From Candidatus Thorarchaeota archaeon (GTDB lineage Archaea > Asgardarchaeota > Thorarchaeia > Thorarchaeales > Thorarchaeaceae), in contig RDNZ01000048.1 in the NCBI GenBank assembly GCA_011364905.1, forward strand, positions 1-19,482: a stretch of DNA of 19,482 bases. Direction: 5' to 3'. Below are positions 16,862 to 19,482 of this stretch, one piece after another (position 1 is the stretch's first letter; each line of letters starts with the position of its first letter). The position numbers and the translations under genes are program-made. Under the pieces are notes generated by a model. The model searched no databases. It saw only the letters and a program-made list of their open reading frames with translations, and was not told the DNA's origin.

Positions 16862-17453
16862 GCCAATGATTGTGTTTGCAGGCAGGAGTAATGTTGGAAA
16901 GAGCAGTACAATTAGAGCTCTCACTGGAAAGAGAGTTCGAATTGGCAAGAGACCGGGTAGTACTCGTTCGGAGTTGATGATTGATTTTGGCCCAGTGACA
17001 ATTGTGGACATACCCGGGTTTGGATATATGGCAGGGCAAAGCAAGACTGCAATAGAAGAAACGAAGACAAACATTGTTCAGAATCTTGAGTCTTGGAGAG
17101 GGAAGATAGCACTGGCCGTTTTGATCATTGATGTTTCACTCTTCAGGGAGCTACACGAGAGGTGGTCAAACCGCGCTGAGATTCCAATCGATGTTGAGTT
17201 CTATAGTTTCCTGTCTGAGATCACACCCAATGTAATTGTAGCAGCAAATAAGGTAGACAAAGTAAAGCCACGTGTTCTACAGGAAGAACTGAATTTCCTT
17301 CAGACAGAACTCAAGGAGGCAGTACAGACAAAAGACCCCATTGTAGTACTCACATCAGCACCAAAGAAACGAGGGATATCAGAGCTGAGTTCCTTAATCG
17401 ATAAGATTCTAGTGGAACAAGGTCTGGAGAAACCTCGATGGGTTGTTACCTGA
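16836..17453 (+). CDS. engB: GTP-binding protein EngB (YihA/YsxC family)
   Basis: G1 GRSNVGKSS, G2 PGST, G3 DIPGFG, G4 NKVD, G5 TSA, and the archaeal EngB IPIDVEFY motif. Alternative ATG at 16866. Confidence 0.92.
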   Translation: MKGHDPTGKPMIVFAGRSNVGKSSTIRALTGKRVRIGKRPGSTRSELMIDFGPVTIVDIPGFGYMAGQSKTAIEETKTNIVQNLESWRGKIALAVLIIDVSLFRELHERWSNRAEIPIDVEFYSFLSEITPNVIVAANKVDKVKPRVLQEELNFLQTELKEAVQTKDPIVVLTSAPKKRGISELSSLIDKILVEQGLEKPRWVVT

Positions 17454-18540
17454 TTTTCTTGAATATGTAGAAGGCAACTCCTACCAATAGTATGACTGTT
17501 GAGATTATCAACATTGGAACGATGGCGCTCGGAGCTTCGACGAATCCTTCAGTTAGCCAACTTATGACGTTCATGAAGAGTCGCGAGTTGTCACCCATGT
17601 AGAACCACCGTTGATTCGCATCAGGGTAGTCAAGGTTCCGTCCTGTGAACATAATAGTGGACCCGATGATAACAACCCTGCTTGTATTGTACTCAAAGGC
17701 TGACATCCAAGATGGGAATGTGCCATTCAAGGCAGAGTAAGACAGAGGATTTTGTTCGAACTCTGTGAGGGTTATGTTCGGAGCAGAGTAGTTTGCCCAG
17801 GAGTTAGGTCCACGCCTAAACTGCGCAAATGATGAATCATAACTTGAGGCAATTTCACTTGATTGCCCTATTGGTTTCAGGGTAGCAGTCATTGTGTAAA
17901 GCTCATTGATGTTTCTGAATATCGGGTTGTTCGCTTCCCAAGTTGTTGTATCAAGCCGGACCATCCAGGGATATGTTGCGTTATAGGCGGGATGGTCATA
18001 ATCAAACAATGTATCCCCGTAGAAGGTCCCTGTGCTAGTTTCATTTAAACTAAAGCGGACTCCAGTCATATTGAGATCATCAAGGAGTGTGTTAATCGCC
18101 AGGTTATCGCCCATATCTTGCATACGTGGATCTGACCAATAGCCCGAGGTCTGTCCTATCACGGGGTCACCCAATAGAAACAATGAACTTCCATTGGCTA
18201 ACATCTCTGATATTGCATCGACCTCTGAGGCTGTGAACGGTGAAGCTTCATTGGGACTGGCTATTATAAGAACATCAACATCATTGAGAACGGCGTCGGT
18301 CAAATCATCGGTGTTTATTCGTACCATGTATCTGGTTGATGCATTGACTGCATCGAGCATGAGCTTCAAACCATTTTCTGCATCAAGCACATCATGCTGA
18401 GGGGTGTGGCTTGCATCATAAAGTACGAGGATGGGATTCAAATTAGCCTCAGCTCTCACACTGGTCTGGAGACTAGACATGACAATCATCAGAGCTACGA
18501 CAACTGCAAGTACTCTAGGGACATTCCTGAGCCCATTCAT
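17446..18540 (-). CDS. Membrane-anchored extracellular protein with GIFT/DUF4350 (GldG/IFT52-like) domain
   Basis: N-terminal signal peptide (ends VRA), VLYDASH, LNDVDVLIIASP...FTASEVDAISEMLANGSSLFLLGD, RVVIIGS, NSRLFMNVISWL, C-terminal TM helix plus KKIR, and many N-x-S/T sequons. Confidence 0.75.
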   Translation of the reverse strand: MNGLRNVPRVLAVVVALMIVMSSLQTSVRAEANLNPILVLYDASHTPQHDVLDAENGLKLMLDAVNASTRYMVRINTDDLTDAVLNDVDVLIIASPNEASPFTASEVDAISEMLANGSSLFLLGDPVIGQTSGYWSDPRMQDMGDNLAINTLLDDLNMTGVRFSLNETSTGTFYGDTLFDYDHPAYNATYPWMVRLDTTTWEANNPIFRNINELYTMTATLKPIGQSSEIASSYDSSFAQFRRGPNSWANYSAPNITLTEFEQNPLSYSALNGTFPSWMSAFEYNTSRVVIIGSTIMFTGRNLDYPDANQRWFYMGDNSRLFMNVISWLTEGFVEAPSAIVPMLIISTVILLVGVAFYIFKKIR

Positions 18541-18618
18541 TTTGATTTTCCGACCTTATTGCTCAGTCAGCGTGCCTGACCTTAGAGCGTGTTTTAAAGT
18601 TATCCTCACATACGACAA

Positions 18619-19005
18619 TCAATCAGTTCTACGCCATTCAACATACAGCTTTCGTCGCTCAGCATCCGTGGATTTCTGAACTTTGAACTCCCCTCGAATC
18701 TTTGCGATTCTTTGTGCGAGAAGATGGTAACACATGTTAGTTTCTCGCGAGATGACGACTTCTTGGTAAAAGCTCCTACATGTACAATATATCTCTGGGA
18801 TGATGAGATACTGACGGCTTCGACCTTTGGCAATCCATGTCGCTGACTCGCTTGGACTGAAGTCGTATCGGATGATTCTTCCTTCCTCAACTGCCCTTAG
18901 TGCCTTGACAAACTTCTTTCCATACTTGTCTTTAAAGTACTCAATATCAGCTTGTGTGAGGCTTTCCTTTGATAGTCTTTTCACTTCAGATTGTGGAAGG
19001 GACAT
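18619..19005 (-). CDS. SWIM zinc-finger protein, SWS1/ZSWIM7-like (128 aa)
   Basis: YCTCRSF-x11-CYHLLA SWIM motif. ATG at 19005 is preceded by GGTGA (19015..19011). The longer start in the track overlaps the divergent gene. Confidence 0.85.
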   Translation of the reverse strand: MSLPQSEVKRLSKESLTQADIEYFKDKYGKKFVKALRAVEEGRIIRYDFSPSESATWIAKGRSRQYLIIPEIYCTCRSFYQEVVISRETNMCYHLLAQRIAKIRGEFKVQKSTDAERRKLYVEWRRTD

Positions 19006-19069
19006 AGTACTCACCCTGTCCTTTAGCATAACGAGGTTAAAATGTTGTAGATTAGAAGTCAAACTAGCG

Positions 19070-19482
19070 ATGGAAACGATTTTCGATGACAGAGGCATGG
19101 TAGTCACATATGATAATAGATCAGTACTACTCATATCGGACATCCATCTTGGTCTTGAGGAAGACTTGGCAGAGAACAAGGGCGTCCATTTCCCGCCTCA
19201 ACATCCAGCCATTCTCAAGCGAATAAGCGGACTTTTGAAGAAACACAGCATTTCACATCTCTTTATCATTGGAGATGTAAAACATACTATTCTGACTGAT
19301 AGCTATTACAATTGGGAGATCATACCAGAGTTCATGGAAGCGCTACTCAAACAGGTAGAAACCACAGTAATTCCGGGCAACCATGATGGGGACTTGAAGG
19401 CGTTACTTCCCCGAGCTGTCAACATCGCTGATGTCCATGGTATTCTAGTAGGTCCGGAGAACGAACAGATTGGGCTATTACA
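19070..19482 (+). CDS. Calcineurin-like metallophosphoesterase (MPE/PdeM-like), partial (runs off the right edge)
   Basis: Not in the ORF track. Manual translation: METIFDDRGMVVTYDNRSVLLISDIHLGLEEDL...LFIIGDVKH...VIPGNHDG...IGLL, containing DxHxG, GDxKH and GNHD motifs. Confidence 0.9.
   Translation, partial: METIFDDRGMVVTYDNRSVLLISDIHLGLEEDLAENKGVHFPPQHPAILKRISGLLKKHSISHLFIIGDVKHTILTDSYYNWEIIPEFMEALLKQVETTVIPGNHDGDLKALLPRAVNIADVHGILVGPENEQIGLL

Noticed and set aside
16144-17112. Minus-strand ORFs over lhr/engB (175, 92, 73 and 63 aa)
   Set aside because: Antisense shadows of well-supported genes.
19006-19179. N-terminal extension of the SWIM ORF given in the track (186 aa)
   Set aside because: It overlaps the divergent metallophosphoesterase gene; ATG 19005 has a GGTGA SD motif.

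Overview
Gene-dense archaeal chromosomal window. The combination of PolD, Elf1, CarS, a PAC4-like protein and an RPA70-like RPA points to Asgard archaea (best guess Thorarchaeota) or a Bathyarchaeia-like lineage; this is inference, not a search result. The window is dominated by replication and repair genes: XPD/Rad3 helicase, a YqgF/RuvX-like RNase H-fold protein, a RadB-like recombinase paralog, PolD large subunit head-to-head with a five-OB RPA, Lhr helicase, a SWS1/ZSWIM7-like SWIM protein and an MPE-like metallophosphoesterase. It also carries carS, a 4xCBS protein, a SufS-type cysteine desulfurase with a tightly linked Cys-bearing winged-helix protein, elf1, engB and a membrane-anchored GIFT/DUF4350-like glycoprotein. 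Three real-looking genes are missing from the ORF track: a partial PAC4-like chaperone (307..<1, minus), a 39-aa membrane peptide (13653..13772) and a partial metallophosphoesterase (19070..>19482). I saw no mobile element, CRISPR array, tRNA or rRNA. The best leads for something undescribed are a possible archaeal Shu-like (SWIM + RecA paralog) / Lhr-MPE repair module, the CxxC winged-helix + sufS pair, the patchily homogenised OB duplication in RPA, a structured leader before the CBS gene, and the unannotated micro-protein. All family assignments come from motif recognition by eye.
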